Below are positions 11,241 through 23,610 of a stretch of 64,000 nucleotides of DNA, piece by piece (within the stretch, counting starts at the first letter, position 1; each line of letters starts with the position of its first letter). The stretch comes from Camelus dromedarius. Its lineage: Eukaryota. The stretch lies in assembly GCF_036321535.1 (NCBI RefSeq), contig NC_087445.1, positions 28,644,001 through 28,708,000 of the forward strand, written 5' to 3'. A model generated the notes under the pieces. That model worked only from the letters and a program-made list of their open reading frames with translations. It was not told the DNA's origin and ran no database searches. A program made the position numbers and the translations under genes.

Positions 11241-13217
11241 GGCAGCTGACCTCTGTGAAGGAACCTATGAACCACATAGTCTTGCGGCCCTATTAGCGTG
11301 CCAAGGTCCCAGACCCAGCCAGGAATGCGTATGTGAAGTTACAAAATTAACATGGCTCATTTCCTGGAACATCAATTTTACTCAAATAGTTAGGGGGAAC
11401 AAGCATTATTTTAACATGAAAATCAGTTTGGATTTATTAAGGAGGTCAACTTAAAATTCTCATTCACCTTAAGAGGAAACAAGAGCTCTCAGAAGTTTTG
11501 ATGTTATTTTTATGGTTCCCTTGGGCTTTGCCCACAGATGAGCTTGATCCTCTGGCTTTAGGGATGCCACATGGAACACACTGAGAAGCCTCATCTTCAC
11601 CTGGTCCTTCCCGGGAAGTCATGTTGGAGCCTCACCAGTGTGTGAAATGCCTCAGCCATATCGACTTAAGCTGCTCCTCTGTCTTTGGGCTACTTATGCC
11701 TTCATGGTTGTAGAGATAAAGAACATATCACCCAACTCAAGAAGATCCCTGAAGAAAAGTGTTCATTAAGGCCTCCAGAACTAAGATAATCAAAAGACTG
11801 TTTCTCTTCTTTTTCTTTCTTACACTTAGGTACATTTTAAACATTTTATTGACATTATTTCTTTGTCATCACTAATCTAATGGGGGTCATTAGTCCTTTA
11901 CGAAACCCAGTGGAGATTTTCCTGCATTTTGGCTAATTTAATAAATGTGGACAGCTAATTCAGATCCCAGGTGCCATGCAGCAGGGGAAGGGTAAGCCAG
12001 AAGATACAGGAGAGACTCTGAGGGTCTCAAAGTGACTTTTCTAAGAATATGCCAGTCACTGAAAGGGGAAAGCGTGCTTCTCTGGGTGACTAGGCAGCCC
12101 TGAAATGTGATGCTTTGCTAAGTGGCAATCCAGGGTTTGAGAATATATCATGCTCCTCTTACCCAAGTTCCTTGTAGGGAATACCTTGTGCTGTTTCTCC
12201 TCTAGCGTAAGCAAAACACTTGGTTGAAATTTCATACTATGCATTTTTTTTTCTTTTCTGAGGACAACTGAATTGCATAATTGAAATTTCCAAATTTTAC
12301 TTTGAGGCTTGAATTATTTAATTCAACTATTTATATTGCTCAGGTGAATAGGGTAATAGTAAGATCTTCACTTTACTTTGTCATTGTGTAGATAAATTCT
12401 ACGTAAGAATCTAGAAATCTTGTAGAACCCTATAGAAATCCTAAGTTTTGTTCTGAGCTATGTTGAATTAAATAACAGAAAAGTATTGTCCCAGAATGTA
12501 CAGTTGCAATGTGGTATTAAAGACTGACATCCAATAATCACAGATGTTTGCAGCCCAAGTATGACAAGAACTTTCCATGTTAACTTGAATGGGGTTATAT
12601 TTGACATATGAAGATGCGGCAAAAAAGTAATCGTTTCTCATGAAGTCAACCGCAACATGGGATCATTCCCTAAGGTTCTTTTTAGTGCTTCCTTAAAATT
12701 ATAGATCCTAGATTTGCATCTCTCTGTAAGGAAATGAATATTCACTTGTATTATTTAAACAGCCCTTCTTGACAACATGGGTACTTGAAGTGTTGATTCT
12801 ATTCTCCATTCCATCTCCATTGCAGATGGCGTCATAAGCAAGGACCTTCCACTTCCCACTTATTTTACCATTGCTTTTATGAGTCATTCTACTTCAGCCC
12901 CAGTTGGGCTTCTGTTAAGCATTCAGGTAAGGGTTTCCTTACCTAAAGCTGCTGCCCTCCCTGTAGGGTGAAGGATTCCCAAATCAAGGCTTAAGGGGAA
13001 ACTGTTCTGTGAAGAAGCTTCCCTGAAAACAGGGGTTTTATTAAGTTGGATTCAATCATAATCCAAATGATGGGCTTTGTGAATATTTAAAATAAATATT
13101 CTAATATTTAAGTTGTGAGAACTAGAGAGGTAAGAGAGAAAACATGAGTATACAGACATAAAACATGACCTTTCTGGAAGGAAATGAAATAAAAACAATA
13201 TACAGTGTGATCTTATA

Positions 13218-13260
13218 GGGCAAGGGATGCGGTTGGGGTTTGGGAGGAAGGGGAGAAGGG
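13218..13260 (+). other. G-quadruplex-capable motif (six G3+ runs)
   Basis: ggg caa ggg atgcggtt gggg ttt ggg aggaa gggg agaa ggg; the last four runs have loops of 3, 5 and 4 nt. Confidence 0.6.
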
Positions 13261-13504
13261 CAGGATGGATTTAAGAACATCAAACACCAAATGGCAATAT
13301 AATACTTGGAACACTCAGTGGCATCTGGGGTTGGTTTTCCTCCTCCTAGAATTACTTACTCCCTGGAAGTAAATTGAAAATACATTTCATCTCTTTTATA
13401 TATCTTATGACCTGGATTATTGCTACCTTCACATAAGGAACAGATGTCTTTGTATGTGCTTCACATCTCTTGTTAGGTGGGCAGACCCACATAAGATGCT
13501 ATCA

Positions 13505-13610
13505 TCAGGTAATGATTTTCCTTCTCTTGGCCACTGTTCCCTTCTCTATAAAATGAGAGGGGTAAACCGAGGTGACTGCACAGATCCTTGCTGGCATTAG
13601 CATTCTCTAA
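13505..13610 (+). mobile_element. MIR (MIR3-like) fragment
   Basis: cttctcttggccactgttcccttctctataaaatgagaggggtaaac resembles the MIR core. Confidence 0.5.
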
Positions 13611-14124
13611 TTACAGACTCATGCTAACTGACTAGTGAGAGGTGTTGTTTTTTGTTCTTCTTTTCCTGTGTGTGTGTATGTGTAAGAACTCTTATCCTAA
13701 CCACTTCCCTCTTCCCCTCTATTTGTCCCTTCACAATCCCTTTTCTTCTTCCCAGGGTTCCATCCCCAAAAGCAGTTCCTGGAGACATCCCTTCTTAGAG
13801 ATTGTGTCCACCTATATGGACCCAGTTACTGTTCACATTTATAGAGGCATAGAATGGAAGTGGAAAGAAGGATCATTTTAGGTTCTTGAGGGTGGTATAG
13901 TACACTCTGTGCCATGTTCCTTCTCCAAGAAAAGACTCATCCATGCTATGGGTCTCTTTATGCTTTTTAATTATGTGCCATCAATGGTATCAGAGAGGTA
14001 GCTGTAATAGCGGGTGATGGACAACTAGTGAGTAGGTTATGGTTATATTACTGCAGTTCTTGGTGATGAGCAGAAGGACCTCAACCTGGTGTGTGTCCAT
14101 TGAAGCAGAAAATAAGTGCATGAG

Positions 14125-14355
14125 GGCTAATGGCAAACACTGCATTGATGCCGTATCATGTACAAAGGCGTCTCTTCATCCTCACAGTGAACTCGAATGG
14201 TTGACAAGAAACTGAGAAATGGTTTCTCATTTCTCAACCAAGAAATGGTTCAAGAAACTGAGGCTCCTTGAGGTTTAGTAACTTTCCCAAAGTGTCATTG
14301 TAACTAGAAGATCTGGAATTCAAACCCAGATTTTCTGACTTCAACCTCTGTGTTT
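14125..14355 (-). mobile_element. MIR SINE with internal micro-rearrangement
   Basis: aagaaactgaggctccttgaggtttagtaactttcccaaag...ggaattcaaacccagattttctgacttcaa resembles antisense MIR. Confidence 0.7.
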
Positions 14356-15043
14356 TCTAGTGATCGTCACTGAAACTCTTTGTTAGTGAACTCTTTCTTT
14401 TGTTAAATGAAAAAAACAAAACAAACAAAAAAACCCATTTTTTTTGACCCAAGGATTTCAGGTCATCTTCACAGTTGTTTCGTAGAGGTAGAAGGTGGCT
14501 CTCAACATTTTCCCCTAGTTCAGTCAAGTGAGCTCAAAGAGCTGGCAAAATTATGATAATGAAGTTAAATTCACAACCCATTAAACCTAAGCCAATAGTT
14601 AAGTCCAATTATGCTTAGCACTTGCAGCTTTCATAAATATTAAATAGTCAGGTTTAATAAAATTCAAAATTTGCTCACCCCACATACTTCCAACTTCACT
14701 GGCTTAAGCTCTACTGAGGCATATTGTGTTGGTGAAAAGCCTTCGTTCTGAAGGTGGACAGAAGAGGTCCTTTGTGGCACTTAAGTTGGAGAACATGTGC
14801 AGGTACCCGTTTTGACAGGCCAGAGGTTACCTCCATGATGCCCAGGAGAGACTTAAAAGATAAAAGTTTTGTTTTGTTTTTAAGATAACTTAGGGAGAGG
14901 CCAGTTGCCATTGCTCCTAGGTAAGCTGCTTATCTAGCCAAGCCTTTTCCCCCTCCTCTGTCTAGCCCTCAATGGCCTAGCCTTTGGGGGTCCATATTTA
15001 ATGTATAATGTCGCATTCTGCCATGCTTCAGGGACCACGATCT

Positions 15044-15810
15044 CTTTTTGGTTGTTGTTGTTGAAAAATACAAATTTTATTTGTTGTATGAAAGGTCATA
15101 TTTACTGTGCACAAAAGCTTTCTTGCTCAGTGTAACTGAGAAATCACTGTATATGTTTCAAGCATACAGCATAAAGATTTGATTTACATATATTATGAAG
15201 TAATTACCACAGTAGGTTCAGCTAACATCCTTCTCATACAGATACAATAAAAAGGAAAGAAAGGATAAAAGGAAAAGGAAAAAAAAATCTTTTGGTGAGG
15301 TCTTTTAGGATTTGCTGTCTTACTTTTCCTATCTTTCATACAGGAGTATTGCTATAGTCATCATGATGTACATTACATCCCTAGTACTTACTTACATTAT
15401 AACTGGAGCCTTGTGTCTTTTGACTAACTTGCTCCAATTCCCCCTCCCTATACTTTGCCTCTGGATAACCCCAAGTCTGATCTGTTTTTCTATGAGTTTG
15501 GTGTTTTAATTCAGTAATTACCTTTCTCTTTCTGACTTACTGCCCTTAGCATAAAGGTGCCAGGATCCATCCATGTTACAAGTGGTAGGATTTTCGTGTT
15601 TTTTAATGGCTGAGTAGTATTCCACTGTGTCTGGAGAGGGGTGTACCACAACTAATTTATCCATTTATCCATCAGGGAATTGTTTTCTAAAATACATTCT
15701 CAGAAGTGGAATTGCTGGAACATATATTAGATCTATTTTTAATTTTTTGATGATTATCTACAGTGTTTTTCATAGTAATTTCAGTAATTTACAATTCTGC
15801 CAGCAGTGCA
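15044..15810 (-). mobile_element. 5'-truncated laurasiatherian L1 3' end (L1MA9-derived type) with internal deletions
   Basis: gctatagtcatcatgatgtacattacatccctagtactta; ttttttaatggctgagtagtattccactgtg; agaagtggaattgctgga; degenerate T-rich tail at 15044-15062. Confidence 0.9.
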
Positions 15811-15889
15811 AGGGACTAAAATCTTGATTCTTACTCTTTTCCCTAAGCTGTGGCCAGTATTTCCAATAGTGCATTCACTGGATTTTGGT

Positions 15890-16715
15890 ATCTAAATATA
15901 TTGCAGTGATGTCAAACTAAATTTACATGTTAAGACTAAACTCATTCACTCTCTCTTTTCCTGTACTTTCCACTGCGATCAATGACGCCATCATTCTCCT
16001 GGTTATGTTAGCCTGAGAACTCATAGTCACTGATTCTTCCTTTGTTCCTCATTCTGCAGAACTCTACAGGCAGTAGCTTCTGTTAATTTTACCTCTTAAA
16101 TTTGATCTCTTCTTTTCATCCTACCTTTGGATGACTTAGCTGAGGTACACATTGCTTTTGGGACCTTTGCAAGAGATCTTACCTGGTTTCTGCTCTTGGC
16201 ATCTGCTCATCTATTGCCAACTTTGGTATCATTCTCCAGTGCCTTTAGGATACAATCCAAAGTCCTTAGTATGGGCAGAGTCCCTCACTGGCCTCATCTT
16301 GGCATGCCCTCATGTCAGAGAATGCACTTTATGCTGTTCTCAAACTAAATTCCTTTCCATTCTCTACTGTCGTGCTGTTCTTCCACAGTTCTCTGCCTTA
16401 TCACCTGCTATTCTTTCCTCACCCTTTCATTTAACTAATGGATGTTTATTGATTGCAAATCAGTTATTTCTCTGAAAGAGATCCTAGCTCATACATTACT
16501 TCCCCGGCTGCCTCTGACATGTACTTGTCCCATGTTGTATACCACCATGGCACTTTGCCCCATGGTTTTACCTCTTCACACATACGCCTCCACTAATCTC
16601 CTGTGAGGCTCTTTGGATTAGACTCTATCTTACCTGTTTTTGAGTTTCTTCCTTTATAAGAGTACTTGGCACATTGCAGTAGTATGTTGTCAATGAGTTT
16701 TATTGATGAATGGAT
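15890..16715 (+). mobile_element. L2 LINE
   Basis: caatgacgccatcattctcctgg; tttaggatacaatccaaagtccttagtatgg; ending ttggcacattgcagtagtatgttgtcaatgagttttattgatgaatgg. Confidence 0.75.
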
Positions 16716-18699
16716 ATTCTGGATACTGAATGTGAAAGAGTAATCTCAGCACAGGATTTAATTTTGGGTGTTCTTAGTGGTGAGGATAGCTGTACTGTTT
16801 CCAGGACAATTATTAGAGGCTTTGATGCACAATCGATGGAAAGTATCTTCTAGTGCTGATACTATTTAATTAAAACATACGATATTATTATAAATAGGGA
16901 TTTACAAAAGCACCCTTCATGCATACCAATCCTCACCTTTCTAATCTGTTAGTCTTTTCATTAAGGGGTTTCAGTATGATTTTAGTATGACTAAACAGTA
17001 TGTTTAAATATTTGCATTGGAAAACCATATATACTATTTTGTTTCCTCCAAACTCCCCTGAGTATTTAAAATCAATGTATGTTTATTGATAGATTTATTA
17101 TCTCAGTGGATAGGAGAATTAGGACATGTACTTTAAGTCAGTTTCCTTTGTACATAACAGCTGTCATTGGATTTATATTCTAAGTGGGATTAATCACCTA
17201 ATTGCTTGCTGAACTTTGGTGACTGTAATTGAGAGCCTCATCTCCTCAAATAAATGAAGTATTTAATTTAGGAAATGGGTTTTGGGGTGCTAAGGTTCTT
17301 CTCTCTTTTTATTCAGGCCATGGACACATGTTCTCAAATTAGCAAGGAAGCAAACAGATTAAGAGGTGGCAGCTCTGGTGTTACAAAGTAAATAGTCTTG
17401 AAACTGATCACTGGAGAAAGCTGTGTACAGGGCCATACACCAGCCTTTCTCCCCATACCAAGAGTTTAAACTGCTGTCTGAGCACAATATCATTATTCAA
17501 GAAAAGGTAGTTTTTTTTTTCTTTGATTTTTTTTCTATCACAATTACAATAAAAGCAACCTTTAAATCTAGTTTAATCTAATAATTGTCTGTGTAGTTCC
17601 CCTGCTAATGTTTGTAAGGAGTAATGAATGATTTTACGAAGACTGAATTAGGCAACTTACAAATGGTGAAACCTCCAAAGTCAATGCAATTTCATTAAAA
17701 TCATTATTAGTTTTTGGTAAGGATTATAGTGCACTCTCCATGGAATACAAATCAGCTTGCAGGTAGTAGAATACTGTTTATGATAAAAATGCTCTTTGAA
17801 AGCAAAAAGTATATTAAGGCAGGCTCAGTTGCTAAATTTTGTTACAGTGTTGAAATCTCTTCATCCTCCAAAGGCAGCAGTGTGGGAAGACTAAGTAGCT
17901 CAATGGTGGGCTTGACTGAAGAGGAGTATTTTTGAAAAATATATATACAAATGCATAGAGATAAAGGTATAATAAAAGCTGTAAAATAGATATAAACAGG
18001 TAGGCTCACAGCCATATTTTATATATGTCTGTAAATGTACATGTATTACATATTTTTCTTTGGACATTGGACTGCTCTGGAAAAAAATGCAAATGGATTC
18101 ATTCAGTTTGACAGTCTTTTCTATTTAAGGTTGTCTGTGGTGCCTGAACACATGGGAACATTATAAAGACATTTTTTTGTTTGTTTTTAAGTCAGATAAA
18201 ATATGCTGGTTCTTATTGTGGTTTGAATTAGAAAACAATTTTTAATGTGTTTGTATATTATCTCTCTTACAAGTTCAGGGAATTTATTAGATGGTCTTTG
18301 GTACCCACATTAGTGGTAAACTTCATAGGTAATAAACAAAGACAAGATGGTATAAAGTCCCAGTAATTTTAGACGAAGAAGAAGGTTCCATGTCCGTGTT
18401 GTCTGGGGGTCTTTACACTGCTACAAATAGACATAACTCAAAACACTTTGTGAAAACATGGTAACAGTTTCATATTTAGAACTCTCCGCCTAGTTGAAAG
18501 CATAGAATACCAAGATCATCTACAGAAGATATCTGCCTTCCTAACTTTACTTTCAATTGTTTATTGGATATTGTGCATCTAGATATGTGTAGAGAGCGTG
18601 CCCTCCATGTTCCATTTCTTCCTGTTTTGTATCTTCTTGTTTGTGGCCCATGGCTGAGTGTCAGAGATTAGATATGGAGCCGAAGGTCTGACATCTCTT

Positions 18700-18860
18700 A
18701 CCCTTCTCTATCCTTGCATGTATTGCCTTGCATCAACATTTCAGAACCTGTCTAGACTTGTGTCTTTTCTCTCTAGATTCCTAAACCTAGTGCAATGCCT
18801 GGAATGTAACAGATGCTTGAACATATTGTTGATTGATTGACCTAATTAATAAATAAATGA
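18700..18860 (+). mobile_element. L2 LINE 3' end
   Basis: aacctagtgcaatgcctggaatgtaacagatgcttgaacatattgttgattgattga. Confidence 0.7.
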
Positions 18861-19984
18861 TTTTCTAAGCTTTATTTGTCAACCCTGATGGTATATGCCT
18901 TTGATCATTTGAATTTTGTGCAATTAGTTTAAGAATTGACTCTGTTACAACATATGCGAGCAATCAGGAGAACACCACCACTGTGGTTATAATGGTCTGA
19001 TGTTCCCTATTGTTGGGTAAATAGTGAAACGTATGCTGAAATTTACATGGAGTTAAGATGGACCTGTTAATTTGGAGGAATAATTGAATATGAATGCTGA
19101 GGATAATGTAAATAAAGTAGCACTGTTTCTTTTTTTACACACCTCAAGTCTGTTTAATATAGCAGTATCAATATGCATATTGTGACTTGTTCTCAAATGA
19201 CCATGTTTGCTTTGAGTTTTAGAGCATAGTAGTTTATTCATACAAGTTCACTTACTGAATTAAATTTAAATGTTATAGCTTTTGTTAGAGTTCTAAAGCT
19301 GAGAAAATACAAACAGTTCAACATCTTTTGCGTTCTGTGAATTTTGTGTTTTGTGAATTTATGAAGTAGAAATTGAGAAAAAATAATACTAAGGAAATTA
19401 CTCGGTTTTCCAGACTACTTGCATCAGTTTTACAGGTCCAGAAATGTTTCATAGCTACCTTATACTTCATTGGTTTTGGTCTTAATATCTCAATACCCTT
19501 GGCTTTTGCTTTTTGGTTAAAATCCAACCTTAAAGGAGCAGAACTCTACACTCAACATTTTTTTTTGCTGTCTTTGCCTCCAGGTCTTTAAATGTCTAGA
19601 TCTCGAATTAAAAATTTCAGTTCTGCTCCTAGATTGATTATACAAGTCTTTTAACTCCTTGGAAGGTGGCATTTCTCAAAGAAGTTCAGGCAGTTTGGGT
19701 TCTTTTACAATGGCTCTTCCAATGAATGGTCCTCTCCGTTTCCCTGTGGAGGATATTTTATAGTACTTTAAAAAAAATGAGTTGGGCTGTATATGTGATT
19801 GATTTTAGGAAAGAATTGCTGGGGTTAAAATGCATGATCATCAGATCATGAAGGACCATGTTTCTAGCCAGTTTCCTAATGATTAAAGCAGCCTACTCTT
19901 CAATATTGGCTAATAATATATTCCATCTTGTATTTTTTTTTCAATACTTGATATATTTCATGATACTCATTTTTTTAATGACAA

Positions 19985-20165
19985 CCTCATTGTGGAACAT
20001 TTGGAGAATGTAGGAATGTCTAAAGAGGAAAATTAAAATTATCCTGATTGTATGTCTCTAGGATAAACACTGTAAATGTTTTGATGGATATTCTTCCAGG
20101 CTTCTTTATATGTGTGTTTGTATGTTTCATCCTACTCTCACTATTAAAATAGGAGATAAAAAGGG
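19985..20165 (-). mobile_element. L1ME-like 3' UTR fragment
   Basis: cattgtggaacatttggagaatgtagg...ggataaacactgtaaatgttttgatggatattcttccagg. Confidence 0.55.
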
Positions 20166-23100
20166 CCCCTCTCTTTCTTAGTCCCAAAGAGATGCTAAAA
20201 GATGATGTAAGAATTAATAATTCATTTGTAACCTTGTTCATTATGATGCATCCTTTGTGTCTTTAAACAACTTGGCCCAAGAAAAGTGAATATATTTTTC
20301 TTTTAAATAATAATAAAAAAATTCTTGGATAATAGATTATACTTGTCACAAGAGCTTAATGAGTGAAAAGAATTATTTGAGTGTTGTTACCAACTCAGAT
20401 TCTGTAGCTATGTCAAGCCACATAAGTCTTTGGGAATGTAGGCAGTGTTATAGCTAGGGCTCACAGGGACCAGGGTCATATTAGATAAAGCAATAGAGCC
20501 TCATGGGAACTTCACTGAATATGAAATTGATACTGATTTAATGCCCCCCAAAAGTTTCAGAAATCTGATATGTAGTTCTCAATGTAAACTTGAATGCATT
20601 CTGTATTCATTTTATTTTTCCTTATTTTCTTTTTGTTCTGGTTTCTTCTACCAATTTAAAATTCTGGAATTACTTTCTCATATTGTTCATATAAATATAA
20701 GGTATTCTGAATTCTTTGGAACAAGGCAGGTACAGTAACAAATATTAGTAAATAAAATGTAGTAGAGAGTGGGGATAGAGTAAGTTTCCTTGAACTAAAA
20801 GGTAATTGGGAGAGGAGAAAACTTACTTTACAGAAAGAAGAAAAGGCAGAAGTTTAGATATTTGCATCTTATTTTTGTCTGGATGTTTTGTCTTCTTTCT
20901 TTCCAATTTTTGGGACTAAATGTGGATCCCTATAAATCTTATTATTGAATATTAACACAAACAAAATCTGTTCTTCCAGGATTAAATCTAACAAACAAAA
21001 ATTCCCACTTAACCACTTAATTTAGAAATAAAGGAAAGAATTGATAATGACAGTCATCTGCAGTTTATTATTGTAATTTAAAAAATATATTCGTTTTTCC
21101 CTGTAACAGTTGATTTCTTTGAGCAAGCCTACCTTTTTTTTTTTTTTTTAGTGTAATTAATAGAAGCCATAAGTCTTTGCAAGCTGTTTGTGTTAACAAC
21201 ACAGTAATATAAGAACATGAGGTTTTAGGAAGACATCCTGTTAAGATATTTAGCTAAAAATTGCACCATTTAATGAATGTGCCAAATGGAGTCCAACCAC
21301 AGCAAACTAAAACTAAAAATTAAAGCTATCACAAGTTTACTTGGTTTCACAATACTTTATGTAATGAAGCTATATTTTTCTATAACTGTCATTTTTAATT
21401 TATTCACATTTATAGCTTCAATGGAAATTAGGTATTGTAGCCTTACTTAGGTCTTTCAGTCTGGATTTTCTGAAATGTGGTGGATGCATATAAATTTCCT
21501 GATACTATTTTATATATATTATACTTTTCACAAAAGTTTAATATGTATATATGTATATATGGTAAATACTTTCTTTTATTTGATTATAATGTCTTCACTA
21601 AGGCCCATTTTCTTAATTGGAAAACTGATGTGTCTCAAACAACCTCATTTTTCAAAATAACTTAATTTTTATGTTTCTCACTTCCCATGGTTTGTGCTCC
21701 TTTAGAGGCTTCTGTCATATATTTTTTCTTCTTATGCTTCATCTAAGTTAATAACTAGAACCATGAACTCTGCTGTAGTGTACATTTGGTTGAATAACAT
21801 ATTATAATTTTTTTCAGCTCTCTCCCAGAGTGACTGAAAAGTAATTATTGTGTTCATTTGTTAATTGACTGAGGCAATATCACTAATATATAATCAGTCC
21901 ATTTATTTTTGTAATTGCATATTATACTCATTAATTAAGATAATTCATGATATGAGGGATAATATATTATTTTCTTCATTTTATAGTAATTAGTGACTCT
22001 CACATTGTCATAAATTGCTACAACAAATTATACAGTTTTATCAAACAGGATGGATCACTTTAAGAAAATGTTATGTTTAGAATCTTCAATGCTTATACCT
22101 TTTTATTCATATTGAAGCTTTTATGAAGATTTCCTGAAAAACTTCTTAAGTCCTCCCATGAACTTTTACCCAGTGATTATTAGTGATAAACAATGACAAG
22201 CGCAGCATGGAATTTCACCCGCTGTGGCATAACTGAGATAGGTGACTATCTTCATGAATGTATGCTAACTTGTGCCTTTATGAAAGAGGTACATAGGGCT
22301 GGAATTCTTTTTAAATCTGTGCACATGATTGATTACATCTATATTTTACTTATAAATTAGTCTATATTTTCTTTGAAGACAAGAGTTCCTTCTGATAAAT
22401 CTTTATGCTCACTAGCACATTACACATAGTAGATCATTATTTTTGTTTTTGTTTTTTGAATTAACTTTGAAATATACTTTATATAGTGTGTTAAATGAAA
22501 CCAAATTTTTTAAGTACAGAAAGTCTACTTTGGTGTTTTCTTAGTCTGTTGTCAGTGGTTTTTTCAGACATTGCCTGCTATATTTTATACATATGAAATA
22601 TTGTATGTATAGTTATGTGCATACATGTGCATGGCAATGCATACATTCATGTGTATGAAAAGATCTATGCATTTGTATTGTTTCTTTATTCTTGGCTTAT
22701 ATCTAGGTGGAAGTTATAATAAGTATTTAAATACCACATACCAGTACCTTTTTTTTTTTTTTTTAAATATACTCTCTCTAAGCGCCAAGTGCCCTTATGT
22801 GACATTCTTTAAGACTAAGCTGTCTTTCTGAACTATAGATTTGTGGACTTTGAATCAGTTCTGATTGACTGTATGGTTCTATATTTCAACATTTTCCTGA
22901 GCCTTCTATTCTTCTATTACTTCTAATTTTTCAGGAGAATGTACATCTAGCTATACCTGATGACTGTAATCTCACACATTCTGACTTAAAATTTATTCTT
23001 CGTGATTTGCAATATAGCAGAAATAGATTTAAACTCTTAAGTGGACTTTTTTTTTTTTTAATATACCATGGAGTCATTTGCCAGGATTTATGTTGTATAT

Positions 23101-23522
23101 TTGAGTTCTGAGTAGATATTTGTGTCAAACATTTTAATAGTTGAGTAACAGTTACAGAATGCTTAGGCATGATATGTCTGAGCCTTGCCGTTTCAAGAGT
23201 GACTGAAATTCCTTTGTACGTTTTTTATTTTAAGAAAGTGTGCAAGGTAAGTGAGGTTTTTATTCAGTTTTGATTTTGTTTTAAAATATAGAGGACTTGG
23301 GAGCAGAGGATAAAACAAATGCAGGTTGGGGGATGAGGATTGCAGAATAGAGATTAGACTTACTCTGCGTCATTCCATATGTCAAAACCAATCCAGAAAA
23401 ACACTAGAACTCGTGAAAATTACTTGGTAGCATGGTTGATAACAATATTGTGTCTTTCCTAGTACTGAAAAAGATAACATGGGATCTAGAGAGGTCCCTA
23501 TCACTGGGATATGCATATTCAC

Positions 23523-23610
23523 TATGTGTGTGTGCATGTGTGTGTTCATATATATATACATAGAATATATGAATTTATTCATATTATATGTATAATATAT
23601 GAATATATTC
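23523..23610. repeat. Degenerate (TG)n/(TA)n low-complexity tract
   Basis: tatgtgtgtgtgcatgtgtgtgttcatatatatatac...atatgaatatattca. Confidence 0.8.

Noticed and set aside
11361-11617. STAT-type motifs TTCCTGGAA and TTCCCGGGAA
   Set aside because: Short degenerate motifs that also occur at 49106 and 56127; chance-level without chromatin data.
22173-22236. C/D snoRNA-like layout (GTGATTA...CTGA, 64 nt)
   Set aside because: Box C is imperfect, there is no good terminal stem and I recognise no rRNA/snRNA complementarity. A snoscan or Rfam search would settle it.
22936-23100. Strong plus acceptor followed by open frame ENVHLAIPDDCNLTHSDLKFILRDLQYSRNRFKLL
   Set aside because: No good donor, runs into poly(T), peptide unrecognised.
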